64,000 nt of DNA from an uncultured Gammaproteobacteria bacterium (lineage in GTDB: Bacteria; Pseudomonadota; Gammaproteobacteria; JACCXJ01). The stretch's first letter is position 1, and every line of letters begins with the position of its first letter. Under the pieces are notes generated by a model. The model worked only from the letters and a program-made list of their open reading frames with translations, did no database searches and was not told where the DNA came from. The translations under genes were made by a program, and so were the position numbers. This document shows, in pieces, positions 40,024 through 50,021 of this stretch. The DNA is taken from positions 1 through 64,000 of the forward strand of contig CAVXTM010000016.1 in assembly GCA_963764725.1 (NCBI GenBank). Reading direction: 5' to 3'.

Positions 40024-40554
40024 TTGACCAACTGGCGAAACCACTCGGCGGCCGTGATCCCGAACCGCGTTGCATTTGTGCTCATCTTCCTGCTCTGCGG
40101 GGGGTCGCTCGGGTTTGGGATTTATCTCGAGATCGTTCGAGGACTCGAACCTTGTCCCTTGTGCATGATTCAACGGCTGTTCTTTGCGGGCGCGGGTCTC
40201 TTGGGATTCCTCGCCGCCGTGCACGGTCCGGCCCGAACCGGCAGCCGCGTCTACAGCGCCTTTATCGGTTTATCCGCGCTCGCTGGAGGCGGCGTCGCCG
40301 GGCGGCAGGTGTGGTTACAGCACCTGCCGCCGGATCAGGCACCGCAATGCGGTCCGGGCTTCGACTACTTGATGGATACCTACCCCATGCTCGAAGCACT
40401 CGCCAAGATCCTGCGCGGCAGTGGGGAATGCGCGGAGATCGGGTGGAGCTTCTTGAGTCTCTCGATCGCGGAGTGGGCGCTCGGGTTATTTATTGTGCTG
40501 CTTGGGCTTTGCATTGTTCAGATCGCGCGGCCTCCCCCGACGATAAGCGGCTAA
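40024..40554 (+). CDS. dsbB: Disulfide bond formation protein DsbB
   Basis: LEPCPLCMIQR, QVWLQ, CGPG, GSGEC. Confidence 0.93.
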   Translation: MTNWRNHSAAVIPNRVAFVLIFLLCGGSLGFGIYLEIVRGLEPCPLCMIQRLFFAGAGLLGFLAAVHGPARTGSRVYSAFIGLSALAGGGVAGRQVWLQHLPPDQAPQCGPGFDYLMDTYPMLEALAKILRGSGECAEIGWSFLSLSIAEWALGLFIVLLGLCIVQIARPPPTISG

Positions 40555-40562
40555 GCTCACGC

Positions 40563-41378
40563 CTATTCACCGCTTTGCAGAAGCAATCCGCGCGCGCGCG
40601 CGACGTCGAACACCCGCAGGAACACAATCGCCGCCAATACGATATAGAGGACATTCAATTCCGCCGCGGCAGCGAATCGATCGACATCGAAGCGGTGCTC
40701 GAACATCACCGTGCGCATCCCCTCGAACACATGGCTGCTGGGCAAGCACCACGCCACCGGTTGCAGCCAGGCGGGTAAGGTGGCGATCGGATAGTAGATC
40801 CCGCTGATCGGGGCGATGGCAAAAATCGAGGCCCAGGCGAGCGATTCCACACCCAAGCCAAAACGCAGCAAGAGCGCGCAGATCACAAGTCCGATGGCCC
40901 AGCCGAAGATCAGCAAGTTGGCGAAAAACGCGATGAGCGGCATACCCATCGCAAAAATGGAGTATTGATAGAGCGGGATCGCGAGGAGCGCCGCCGTTCC
41001 CACCCCGATACAGGCACGCACGAAGCTGATGCTGATCAACGCCAGCACCAACTCGTAAGGACGCAGCGGACTCGCAAACAACTGACCGAGGTTGCGCGCG
41101 AACATCTCCTCCATGAACACGACCGAAACCCCGAGCTGCGCCCGAAACAGCACGTCCCAGAGCAGCACGGCCGCAATCAATACCCCGGCGCCATGGGCTA
41201 CCCAGGAACTATTGGTGGCGAAAAATTGCGTGACCAGCCCCCACAGGATCATCTGCACGGTGGGCCAATACGCTTGTTCGAGGATCCGCGGCCACGATCC
41301 GCGCAGAAGATAAAGGTAACGCAGTATCATTGCCCCGATGCGGCGCGCCGAGAAGACCTCCTCCGGAACCGCGATCAT
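40563..41378 (-). CDS. ABC-2 type transporter permease
   Basis: SWPRILE..YWP, LWDVLFRAQLG, YYP..LP..LQ; overlaps the ATPase stop codon. Confidence 0.9.
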   Translation of the reverse strand: MIAVPEEVFSARRIGAMILRYLYLLRGSWPRILEQAYWPTVQMILWGLVTQFFATNSSWVAHGAGVLIAAVLLWDVLFRAQLGVSVVFMEEMFARNLGQLFASPLRPYELVLALISISFVRACIGVGTAALLAIPLYQYSIFAMGMPLIAFFANLLIFGWAIGLVICALLLRFGLGVESLAWASIFAIAPISGIYYPIATLPAWLQPVAWCLPSSHVFEGMRTVMFEHRFDVDRFAAAAELNVLYIVLAAIVFLRVFDVARARGLLLQSGE

Positions 41379-42139
41379 CGCACGCTGTACCGTGCTTGCC
41401 TGTCGGCGGGATCCCCGTTGCGGACGATGTGCAAGAATACCTCTTCCATCGTCGTGCGGCCATATTTTGCGATCAGATGCATAGGCTTCCCGCGATCGAC
41501 GATCGCCCCCGATCGCATGATCAAAACCTGGGTGCAAACCCGCTCGACCTCCGTCATGTTGTGCGAGGCCAGAAGGATGGTTGCGCCGTTGGCTCGCTGG
41601 TAGTGAACTAAGTACTGACGGATGCGATCGGCGCTGTCCGGATCGAGGGAAGCCGTGGGCTCATCGAGTAAGACCAACTCGGGTCTATTAAGCAAAGCCT
41701 TAGCCAGCACCACGCGGGTCTTCTGACCAGCCGACAGGGTCCGGTACTCAAGCCGCATCAAACCCTCGATGTCGAGGTGCCGCCCAAGCTCCCTGACGCG
41801 CGATTGGATATCACGCACCCCATAGAGACGTGCGTACACATCGAGGTTTTCGGCGACGGTCAGCCGTTGCGGTAGATCGACGTAAGGCGAGGAAAAGTTC
41901 ATGCGCGCCAATACGCTATAACGATGGGTCCGCAGATCCCTCCCCAAGACGCGGATCAGTCCCGCCGTTGGGGTGATCAAGCCGAGGAGCATGGCCAGTG
42001 TCGTTGTCTTACCCGCCCCGTTCGCGCCGAGTAGCGCACAGATGGATCCACGCTCGATGCTGAAGCTGATATTCTCCACGGCCACGACGGCGCCAAACCG
42101 TTTCAATAGGCCCTCGACCGCTACCGCCGGATCGGGCAT
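41375..42139 (-). CDS. ABC transporter ATP-binding protein
   Basis: GANGAGKTT, LSAGQ, LLDEPT, SH. Confidence 0.95.
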   Translation of the reverse strand: MPDPAVAVEGLLKRFGAVVAVENISFSIERGSICALLGANGAGKTTTLAMLLGLITPTAGLIRVLGRDLRTHRYSVLARMNFSSPYVDLPQRLTVAENLDVYARLYGVRDIQSRVRELGRHLDIEGLMRLEYRTLSAGQKTRVVLAKALLNRPELVLLDEPTASLDPDSADRIRQYLVHYQRANGATILLASHNMTEVERVCTQVLIMRSGAIVDRGKPMHLIAKYGRTTMEEVFLHIVRNGDPADRQARYSVR

Positions 42140-42149
42140 ACGGCGTGGC

Positions 42150-43502
42150 CTATGCCGGCGGAAAACGCCCGGACATGGAGCGCATGAGCTTTCCCAGCCC
42201 GCCTTTTTTCGAGACCTGCTTCATCGCGCGTTGCATCTGGGTAAATTGCTTCAACAGGCGGTTCACATCCTGGATCTGGGTGCCGGAGCCGGCGGCGATC
42301 CGGCGTTTATGCGAGGCCTTGATATTGTCGGGATAGCGGCGTTCTTTAGGCGTCATCGAATTGATGATTGCCTCGGTCTTACCCAGCTCTTTGTCATTGA
42401 CTTGGTCCATCATGTGTTGGGGGACATCCGACAGTCCCGGTAAACGGCTCATCAAGCTCCCCAAGCCTCCAATCCCCCGCATCTGCCGGATCTGATCGCG
42501 AAAATCCCGGAGATCGAATCCCTGGCCTTTGTGCAGTTTCTCGGCCATGTCCATGGCCTGCTCACGATCGACCTTCCGTTCCACCTCTTCGATAACCCCA
42601 AGCACATCGCCCATGCCCAGGATGCGCGCGGCCACGCGATCCGGATAAAATGGCTCGAGCGCCGTGCTCTTCTCGCCGGCGCCGACGAATTTAACCGGCT
42701 TGCCCGTGACATGGCGCACCGAGAGCGCCGCCCCTCCACGTGCATCACCGTCGGTCTTGGTAAGAATGACTCCGGTCAAGGGCAAGGCCGCATCGAAAGC
42801 CCGCGCCGTATTGACCGCGTCTTGGCCCATCATGCTATCGATGACAAACAAGGTCTCGGCCGGATCCATTACTCGGTGGAGGCGCGTGATCTCATCCATC
42901 ATCTCCGCGTCGATGTGCAATCGTCCCGCGGTATCGACGATGAGCACATCGTGAAATCGCCTCTTCGCATGCGAGAGCGCTTCGGAGGCGATCGCCGCTG
43001 GATCTTGAGCCGGATCGGCTGGGTAGCATTCGACACCTATTTCGCTTGCCAACACGCTCAACTGATCGATGGCCGCCGGTCGACGCACATCACAGCTCAC
43101 CATGAGCACCGATTTTTTCTCGCGCTCCTTCAGGTACCGGGCCAATTTGGCGGCCGATGTGGTTTTGCCCGATCCCTGCAAGCCAACCATCAACACAACA
43201 GCCGGCGGCGGCCGATTCAGGTCGAGGCGTTCGCATTGTTCGCCCATCAATGCCGTCAATTCGTTGCGGACGACGCGAATGAATGCCTGTCCGGGGGTGA
43301 GGCTGGCGACAACCTCCTCGCCCACCGCTCGCGTTCGCACATGCTCGACAAACCAACGCACCACGGGCAGGGCTACATCGGCTTCGAGCAAGGCCATGCG
43401 CAGCTCTCGCAAGGTCGATTGGATATTTTCGTCCGTCAGGCGGCCTTGCCCGCGGAGTTCCTTGACAATGCGCGTTAGGCGTTGGGAGAGGTTGTCAAAC
43501 AT
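42150..43502 (-). CDS. ffh: Signal recognition particle protein Ffh
   Basis: GLQGSGKTT, DTAGR, TKTDGDARGG, RILGMGD, M domain. Confidence 0.99.
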   Translation of the reverse strand: MFDNLSQRLTRIVKELRGQGRLTDENIQSTLRELRMALLEADVALPVVRWFVEHVRTRAVGEEVVASLTPGQAFIRVVRNELTALMGEQCERLDLNRPPPAVVLMVGLQGSGKTTSAAKLARYLKEREKKSVLMVSCDVRRPAAIDQLSVLASEIGVECYPADPAQDPAAIASEALSHAKRRFHDVLIVDTAGRLHIDAEMMDEITRLHRVMDPAETLFVIDSMMGQDAVNTARAFDAALPLTGVILTKTDGDARGGAALSVRHVTGKPVKFVGAGEKSTALEPFYPDRVAARILGMGDVLGVIEEVERKVDREQAMDMAEKLHKGQGFDLRDFRDQIRQMRGIGGLGSLMSRLPGLSDVPQHMMDQVNDKELGKTEAIINSMTPKERRYPDNIKASHKRRIAAGSGTQIQDVNRLLKQFTQMQRAMKQVSKKGGLGKLMRSMSGRFPPA

Positions 43503-43567
43503 GGCGGCGCGATCCCGGGTTTGCTAGGAGCCGAATCATACTAACATAATCCCTTGAACAGGCCGCG

Positions 43568-43894
43568 GTGTTGCACCAAGGGGTCCTCACCGGCTCGGAT
43601 CTTCAACACGGTTTCGCTCGTGGCCAGGGTCGTGGGGTGGCATCATTGGTCGCGCCGGTAGAAAACCTCGCCTTGGTGCTACTACCAAGCGCGGGCCTTG
43701 GGATCGGCTTGGAATTGCTGTTCCCCAACGGACGCATGCTGCTGGCATCGGCGCCGCTCGGGATGAGGCTCCATGACGTGCTGTCCGTGACCACGTACAG
43801 ACTCCTGACCCATCGTGGCGCTGCAAGCGGTGCTAATTGCCTTGGAAGAACGGCTGCTGCGAACACGCCGCTACCTGGCCGCGATGCAACTCTA
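43568..43894 (+). pseudogene. ypjD: Remnant of a YpjD/CcsA-like inner-membrane (cytochrome c assembly family) gene
   Basis: Divergent from ffh (canonical position). PVENLALVLLP...LELLFP...LH..LS..Y.LLT, then +1 shift into IVALQAVLIALEERLLR and a stop; both ends missing. Confidence 0.7.
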
Positions 43895-45604
43895 ATCGCC
43901 GCTCGTTGCGCCCAGTTTCAGCACCAGATAGCGCTCATTGGTAAAAACCACCTCGCCTTGCAGTTGCCGCGCATCAAAGGGCTGCTCGAACACGGCGTAG
44001 GCGATCCCGAATTCCCTCGCCAGCGAAGCCAAACGCGTTTGATCCATGCGTAGATAGCCGGCCTCGGCTTCATTCAGGTTCCTTACCTTGGGATCGCCGC
44101 TCACACGCCCCAGGCGGCGATACCATTCCATGAGCTCGGTGGGCTTGATGGGGGTGGACTTCCAGTCCACGACCACCGCCCGGGCGGCATGCAGCCGAAA
44201 GGTCTTTAAGCTCGGTGAGATAAGGAATTGTGCATCCGTGGCGGTAGATTGCGCCCACTGAAAGAGCTCCTGCTTAGGCGCCGAGAGGCCGCGCAGGACA
44301 TTGGACGCTTTGTAGGCGGGAGCCGCTGAGAAGGCAAGGCCTACAAGCGCCAACCCAAGCGGCACCATCGCCGGCGGAATCATCGTGAGATAGCGCCGGG
44401 TCTTACCGCGCGCAAGCAACACATAAGCAAATAAGGTAAGAATAACGATGACGACGTAGGTAGGATTGACCTGTAGGAGACCGACCTCGGTTGGCTGTAC
44501 CTTCGAGCCATGGTGAATGAGAATGAGCCCGCCTCCGGCCGCCGCCAAGACCCACTGCCACTTAAAACCCTTGGCGGTCTCGCGTTCCGCGCTCGCGCTG
44601 AAGTAAGGCGCGATCCGAGTGACGATTACGAGCTGGGCCAGCAAGACCGAAAACGGTGCCATGCGCCAGAAGAATAGCTGTGAAACAAAGGGGACATAGA
44701 CGAGCGTGGTCAGCACCGTGGCGGTCATCACGAGGCCAAGAAACACCGCATAGACCTTCGCCAGCCGGGAGGAGATCCGCGCGTCGGAGGATTTCAGGTC
44801 GAGACAGCTCATGGCCAGCAACTGCCATCCTGCGAAGGAAATAAAGTCCGCGAGATAATTCCGCGGGACATAGTGATGCGGCGAGCGTATGAACTGAAAG
44901 ATATTGCGCGCATCTCCCCCCAGGGGATCGGTCGCCATGGCATAGAGCATGGGAAACTCGAAGAGCAAGACAGCGACGCTCGGCCCCAACTGTAGACACA
45001 GGCGGCGCGCAATGTCCTCGCGCCCGAGGGCGAGATGAACAAGACCGAAGAAAACGAAATCGAGCAGCAAAAAGTTAGTATGAAAAAAGCCGCCTATCGC
45101 CACCAGCACGCCGGACCAGAGGTAGCGTTCCGCAAGCAGCAATAGGAGCCCGATCACGACCGCGGAGGCCGCGACCGAGGAGGGTTCGAGAATCGAGGTC
45201 AGGATATGGCTGCTGGCTACGCTGCGGGTCTTCTCCAAGAGCACAAAGCACATGAGGATCAGGATCGCGACTAGAGCATCGCGCCGATAATAGCGATACA
45301 AGAAGCTATAAATCGTCAGCAGCAGCGCGGCCACCAGCGCCACATTCGCGCCGGCGACCATCCATGGCGCCGGACCCAACGATGCTAAAAGCTCGATCAA
45401 CAGTGCGAAATTTCGATGATACGCCGTGGTCTGCGCGGCGAGCCAGTCATAGCGCAGGAACTCTGGATCGAGCTCCCGGAGCGGGTACAGAAGATAGGTG
45501 TTGTGGTTCGCGAGCCCATAGCACAAACCAAAGCTCAATCCCACTGCCACCGCGAGCAGTAGAACCAGCGCATGCTGAAACGCGGCTCCTTCACGCTCTG
45601 TCAT
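43892..45604 (-). CDS. Multi-TM membrane protein, putative GT-C glycosyltransferase (DUF6798-like)
   Basis: About 12-13 TM segments; RSPHHY; C-terminal FRL...VVVDWKSTP...W..R; downstream of gtrA/gtrB-like genes. Confidence 0.7.
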   Translation of the reverse strand: MTEREGAAFQHALVLLLAVAVGLSFGLCYGLANHNTYLLYPLRELDPEFLRYDWLAAQTTAYHRNFALLIELLASLGPAPWMVAGANVALVAALLLTIYSFLYRYYRRDALVAILILMCFVLLEKTRSVASSHILTSILEPSSVAASAVVIGLLLLLAERYLWSGVLVAIGGFFHTNFLLLDFVFFGLVHLALGREDIARRLCLQLGPSVAVLLFEFPMLYAMATDPLGGDARNIFQFIRSPHHYVPRNYLADFISFAGWQLLAMSCLDLKSSDARISSRLAKVYAVFLGLVMTATVLTTLVYVPFVSQLFFWRMAPFSVLLAQLVIVTRIAPYFSASAERETAKGFKWQWVLAAAGGGLILIHHGSKVQPTEVGLLQVNPTYVVIVILTLFAYVLLARGKTRRYLTMIPPAMVPLGLALVGLAFSAAPAYKASNVLRGLSAPKQELFQWAQSTATDAQFLISPSLKTFRLHAARAVVVDWKSTPIKPTELMEWYRRLGRVSGDPKVRNLNEAEAGYLRMDQTRLASLAREFGIAYAVFEQPFDARQLQGEVVFTNERYLVLKLGATSGD

Positions 45605-45994
45605 TTAGAATACCCAGTATTTCAGCGATAAATAATTCAGGACAGTGATAAACGCCATCACGGTGATCCACGTGGGAGCTGCCGGCCAGCTCCACATGTC
45701 CACGGTAACGCTCATCAGCACACTGCTCGCCATGAGCAACAGACCTTGCACGAGCGTGAAGCGTAGCGCCTGTCGTAGGACTCGGTCTTCGGCTCCGAAG
45801 GTCCAGCCGCGGTTCCAATAGAAGCTCCACATTGATCCAAGCCCATAACTTGCCATCTGCGCAACCCCGGCGCGGTAGGAATAACCGCCCAATAGCGACA
45901 GGACGAGAACGAAGACGGCGTAGCTGAGTGCCGTGTTCGTGATCCCAACGGTGATAAAACGCGCGACCGGTGAGTTCCAGAGACGAACTCCCAT
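45605..45994 (-). CDS. GtrA family flippase-like protein
   Basis: RFITVGITNT, FYWNRGWTF, LNY...YWVF. Confidence 0.88.
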   Translation of the reverse strand: MGVRLWNSPVARFITVGITNTALSYAVFVLVLSLLGGYSYRAGVAQMASYGLGSMWSFYWNRGWTFGAEDRVLRQALRFTLVQGLLLMASSVLMSVTVDMWSWPAAPTWITVMAFITVLNYLSLKYWVF

Positions 45995-46006
45995 GAAGTC
46001 CTCGAT

Positions 46007-46981
46007 TCAGGTCCGTGGCAGATTGACGCTGTCGCGAATGATCACCGTCGGGCGGTTCTGCAAGCTTTGGTGGATCCAGGCAAGATAACTGCCGATGATG
46101 CCGAGGATGATAAACAGCACCCCGAACAAGAACGACAGGATCCCCACGGTGGAGGCCCAGCCCGAAACCGTCTCCCCTTGAAAATACCGCGCCAGCACGT
46201 AAGCAATCTCGACAAAAGCCAAAAGACTGGTGGCGATCCCGAGCCAGATCCCAATGCGCAGCGGCTTGGTCGAAAACGATATGATGGCGTCGCCGGCGAA
46301 GCTGAGCATTTTTCGCAGAGTGTAGTTGCTCGACCCGTGTATACGCCGCTCGGGCTGAAAGGGCACCTCCGTCGCAGGCAAACCCAGCCACTGGACCGCA
46401 CCCCGCAGGAACAGCTCCGCGGCCTTGAGATTCACCAAGGCATCGACCGCGGTGCGGTCGAGAAGCCGGAAGTCGGAGTTACCTTCGGCCATCGGCACCT
46501 CGGCGAGGATCGAGAACAACTTGTAGAAGTACCTTGAGGTTAATCGCTTGAAGCGACTGGCCACCACTTCATCGCGCCGTTGGGTGTTCACGACCTTGTA
46601 ACCCTGCCGCCAAGCTTCATAGAGCGAAGGGATAAGCTCTGGGGGATGTTGTAGATCGCCGTCCATGCTGACCACGGCCTGGCCGCGCGCGAGCTGGAGT
46701 CCCGCCAGGAGGGCCCGCTGGTGCCCGAAATTCCGCGAGAGCGACACACCTATTATGGCAGGACTTTCGGCGGCAAGCCTAGCAATCCGCTGCCAGGTTG
46801 CGTCGCGGCTGCCGTCATCGACGAGGACAATTTCATAGGTAACCCCGATCCCCTTCAGCACGGCAACGAGCTCTCGCACTAAAGGGTGGACGCTGCCTTC
46901 CTCGTTGCACATGGGGACCACGACCGAAAGCGCGGGTCGCGCCTTAGCACCGACCCCAACCTCTACTGCCGGCGATGTCAA
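46007..46981 (-). CDS. GT2 polyprenol-phosphate glycosyltransferase (GtrB/ArnC-like)
   Basis: VVVPMCNE, VDDGSRD, SRNFGHQ, MDGDLQHPP, two C-terminal TMs. Confidence 0.93.
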   Translation of the reverse strand: MTSPAVEVGVGAKARPALSVVVPMCNEEGSVHPLVRELVAVLKGIGVTYEIVLVDDGSRDATWQRIARLAAESPAIIGVSLSRNFGHQRALLAGLQLARGQAVVSMDGDLQHPPELIPSLYEAWRQGYKVVNTQRRDEVVASRFKRLTSRYFYKLFSILAEVPMAEGNSDFRLLDRTAVDALVNLKAAELFLRGAVQWLGLPATEVPFQPERRIHGSSNYTLRKMLSFAGDAIISFSTKPLRIGIWLGIATSLLAFVEIAYVLARYFQGETVSGWASTVGILSFLFGVLFIILGIIGSYLAWIHQSLQNRPTVIIRDSVNLPRT

Positions 46982-48006
46982 GGAGTTAGAGGCGGAGACC
47001 GGAAACGGCGGGTAAGTATTGCGTACATGCTCGTCAAGGGCTCAAGATAAACCTTTGCGAGCGTTGGGTGGTACTGCGGCGCCCCGATCCCGACACCGAG
47101 AATGAGATTCTTGCGGATCTCCTCACTTGGCAGGACCAGGCTGCCGAACATCCAGTCCCAGATTGCGAAGACCTCCCCATAATTGCGGTTCCAGTGCTCG
47201 GGCCTGGCGCTGTGATGGATTTGATGGTGCGCGGGGCTGATGAAAATATGATTGAGCACGGGACCGAAAGAAAACCATATATGGGAATGGCGTAAGTTCG
47301 CGCCGAAGATCCGGAACAGCGCCGAGACGGCGTTGATTCCGAGGATCGTCAGCGCCTCCATCTCGCCCAGAAACAGAAAGATGGTGATCCCTTGAAATAC
47401 GCCCAGCACCGGCGCGCCGATGAATAACTTGACGATGTTATAGAGCGGGTGCTTGCGAAAATAGGTAAACGGGGTCAGCACTTCCGCGGAATGATGCACG
47501 CGATGGATCGGCCAGAGCAAATCCACTTGGTGATGCAGCCGGTGGTTTATATAGGTGACGAAATCGGATACGAGGGCGTAGACGATGGTAAATGCGAGGA
47601 TGACCCCGCCGCCGATCGGTATGCCTTGCCAGGTGGCCGCGAAGGCAGAAGTCAGCAAGCCGATGACGTAGCTCGCGACCAGGGCGGCACTGAACAGCTC
47701 GGCGATGGGCCCGAAGGTCACGGGACCGACGAAGTGGTAGCTAACGAATATCTTGTAATCGACGATCGCGGACGGATGCGTATAGATCCGCTTCGGGAAA
47801 ACGAATTTAATAAACTCCGCGAGACGCAGCGCGCCATCCCGCTGGTAATAGCGTTTATAGGCGATGGCGGCCAATAGTAGCGCCGAGAGCAGAAACACCC
47901 AATACAAGCGGCTGCTAACATCGAAGGGGGATCGCACGATGTCCAAGCTTTCGTCCAGGATCCACCCGACAAACCGCTCGCAAAAGTCCAACAGGCTATG
48001 GAACAT
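46978..48006 (-). CDS. Sterol desaturase / fatty acid hydroxylase family protein
   Basis: HRLHH, HRVHH, HHQIHH, WDWMFG. Confidence 0.9.
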   Translation of the reverse strand: MFHSLLDFCERFVGWILDESLDIVRSPFDVSSRLYWVFLLSALLLAAIAYKRYYQRDGALRLAEFIKFVFPKRIYTHPSAIVDYKIFVSYHFVGPVTFGPIAELFSAALVASYVIGLLTSAFAATWQGIPIGGGVILAFTIVYALVSDFVTYINHRLHHQVDLLWPIHRVHHSAEVLTPFTYFRKHPLYNIVKLFIGAPVLGVFQGITIFLFLGEMEALTILGINAVSALFRIFGANLRHSHIWFSFGPVLNHIFISPAHHQIHHSARPEHWNRNYGEVFAIWDWMFGSLVLPSEEIRKNLILGVGIGAPQYHPTLAKVYLEPLTSMYAILTRRFRSPPLTP

Positions 48007-48230
48007 TATTTCAGAAATCCTTCATATCGTTACCGATGGGCCTGCGAGCGTGCCCGCATAGATGCGCCACGCGTTGGCGTTATTCAACCCGCCCTTCAAG
48101 TTCCTATTATGCAGGATAACTTATTGTTGTTGCACTCCCCGCCTCGAGACGGTTTCTCTTAAGACACCGAAGGCACAAGAAGTTCTCGGGATCGGGATGC
48201 GCAGTAGATTGATTTCCAACCCCTAAGACA

Positions 48231-50021
48231 GCGAGCCGACCCCGAGTCGTACGCCGGCCGAAACTGAGCGCCATCTCTGCCTGGCCATGACAGCCAACTA
48301 TCTCGACAAAAGGCGGCGGCCAGCTTCCCCGCATACTCACCGTTGCCGACCCGAAAATTCCCCCGATTCTAGGCCTAGGCCCCGCATGTTTGACAACCTA
48401 CTTGCCTCGCACTACTCTGCATCTTGACGAAAAAAAAGGGCGTTTATTTTTCCAGCGCGGCCTCTGGCCGAACCCAATGCCAGACGAAGCTTCTTTGCGA
48501 AAAGCAAAGAAGTCACGGTGAAAGAATATATGTCCATGAATATCGTCTCGCCGGTTCGATTATCGTTGAATCGACGCCAGTATGCGCGGGCGACTGCCCG
48601 CCGGCTCGCGCTGGTCATGTTGTCGATCACCGTTCTTTACCCGCGAACTGCCGTTCCCCAGCCGAGCGACCTTACGATCAAATCAAATGAGGCAACTTTT
48701 CGGACTGAAAGCAAGAGCATCAAAACTCAAAGAAGGGACAACACCCTACCGGGCGGTGCTGCCAACCCGAGAAAGCCACTCCAGTTATTGGGACAGAGCG
48801 TCAAGCCTGGCTCCATTCAACGGCTTTCCTGGGCGCCTTTCTCCGGCATCGCCGAGGCGACGTCCGTCGTCGTCGTAAGAGGCGTCAGGCCCGGGCCGAT
48901 GCTCTGTCTGACGGCTGCTGTCCACGGTAATGAGATCAACGGTATCCAGATCGTACAGCGAATCATACACTCGCTCGAACCGGACAAACTGAGCGGCAAT
49001 GTCATCGCGGTGCCGATCGTGAACCTGCAAGGGTTTCGCCGGAAATCCCGTTATCTGTCGAATAGGCTTGACCTGAACCGATACTTTCCGGGCCATCCGC
49101 AGGGCAACGCGGCCGCCAGGATAGCTTACTCGTTCTTCCACGGGATCGTGATGCAATGCGATGCGCTAGTCGACATTCACACCGCATCGTTTCAGCGCAC
49201 GAATCTGACACAGTTGCGCGCCAACGCGCTCAAGCCCGCGGTTAAACGACTGACACAAGGCTTTGGCCCGATTGCCGTCTTACACAGCGAGGGAATCCGT
49301 GGGACATTGCGCCGCGCTGCTGATGCCGCAGGCGTGCCTGCCGTGACACTGGAACTTGGCGAATCGCACCGGATCCAGCTCGCCAAAGTGGAACAAGGGT
49401 ACAGGGGAATTCAATCCCTGATGGCCGCGTTGGAGATGGTCGATAAGAAAAAGCCGGCGGCCGACGCCCCTTTAATCTTCCATCGTTCGATATGGGTTCG
49501 CGGCAACGGCGGCGGGCTCTTCTTGTCGCGCGTCAGCCTAGGGCAGGCCGTACACACCGGGCAGCTATTGGGCATCGTGACCGACCCCATCAGCGAGGAG
49601 CGTAACGAGATCTTGTCTTCCCATGACGGACGCGTGCTGGGCATGGCCATCAACCAGGTCGTCATGCCGGGCAAAAGGTTGTTTCGGATCGGGATGCAAG
49701 CGCACAATTCGGTAAAAAATCCGCTGGCTGTCGGCGGCCGCAAGGAAAGGCAGCGCGCACGGTGATTACTAGCCCCGCGGCACGCGATGAGCCCGATACG
49801 CTGGCATATCGCCGTTGACGTTTCTGACCTTGTTCGCAAGCCCGAGCCCCGAGGCGATGCATTTGTTGGAGAGGCGATCACGGCCGCGCTCGTCGAAGCT
49901 GGCGCGCCTACCCTAAGTCATACACCGGTCCAAAGTGGGCGCAATGTTTGCTTAGGCATGACATGGCGACTATTTCGACAAAAAGCAGCCGCCAGCTTCC
50001 CCGCATACTCATCGTTACCGA
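48231..50021 (+). repeat. Diverged ~120 bp direct repeat (48231-48349 and 49902-50021)
   Basis: Exact core GCCAGCTTCCCCGCATACTCA at 48319 and 49991; flanks align with roughly 80% identity by hand. Confidence 0.85.
48518..49765 (+). CDS. Succinylglutamate desuccinylase/aspartoacylase (M14-like) family protein
   Basis: AAVHGNEING, DLNRYFPG, VDIHT, VTLELG; start uncertain. Confidence 0.88.
   Translation: MKEYMSMNIVSPVRLSLNRRQYARATARRLALVMLSITVLYPRTAVPQPSDLTIKSNEATFRTESKSIKTQRRDNTLPGGAANPRKPLQLLGQSVKPGSIQRLSWAPFSGIAEATSVVVVRGVRPGPMLCLTAAVHGNEINGIQIVQRIIHSLEPDKLSGNVIAVPIVNLQGFRRKSRYLSNRLDLNRYFPGHPQGNAAARIAYSFFHGIVMQCDALVDIHTASFQRTNLTQLRANALKPAVKRLTQGFGPIAVLHSEGIRGTLRRAADAAGVPAVTLELGESHRIQLAKVEQGYRGIQSLMAALEMVDKKKPAADAPLIFHRSIWVRGNGGGLFLSRVSLGQAVHTGQLLGIVTDPISEERNEILSSHDGRVLGMAINQVVMPGKRLFRIGMQAHNSVKNPLAVGGRKERQRAR

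Noticed and set aside
38878-40224. 448-aa glucokinase with N-terminal extension
   Set aside because: The extension overlaps dsbB on the opposite strand; homology starts at ATG 39864.
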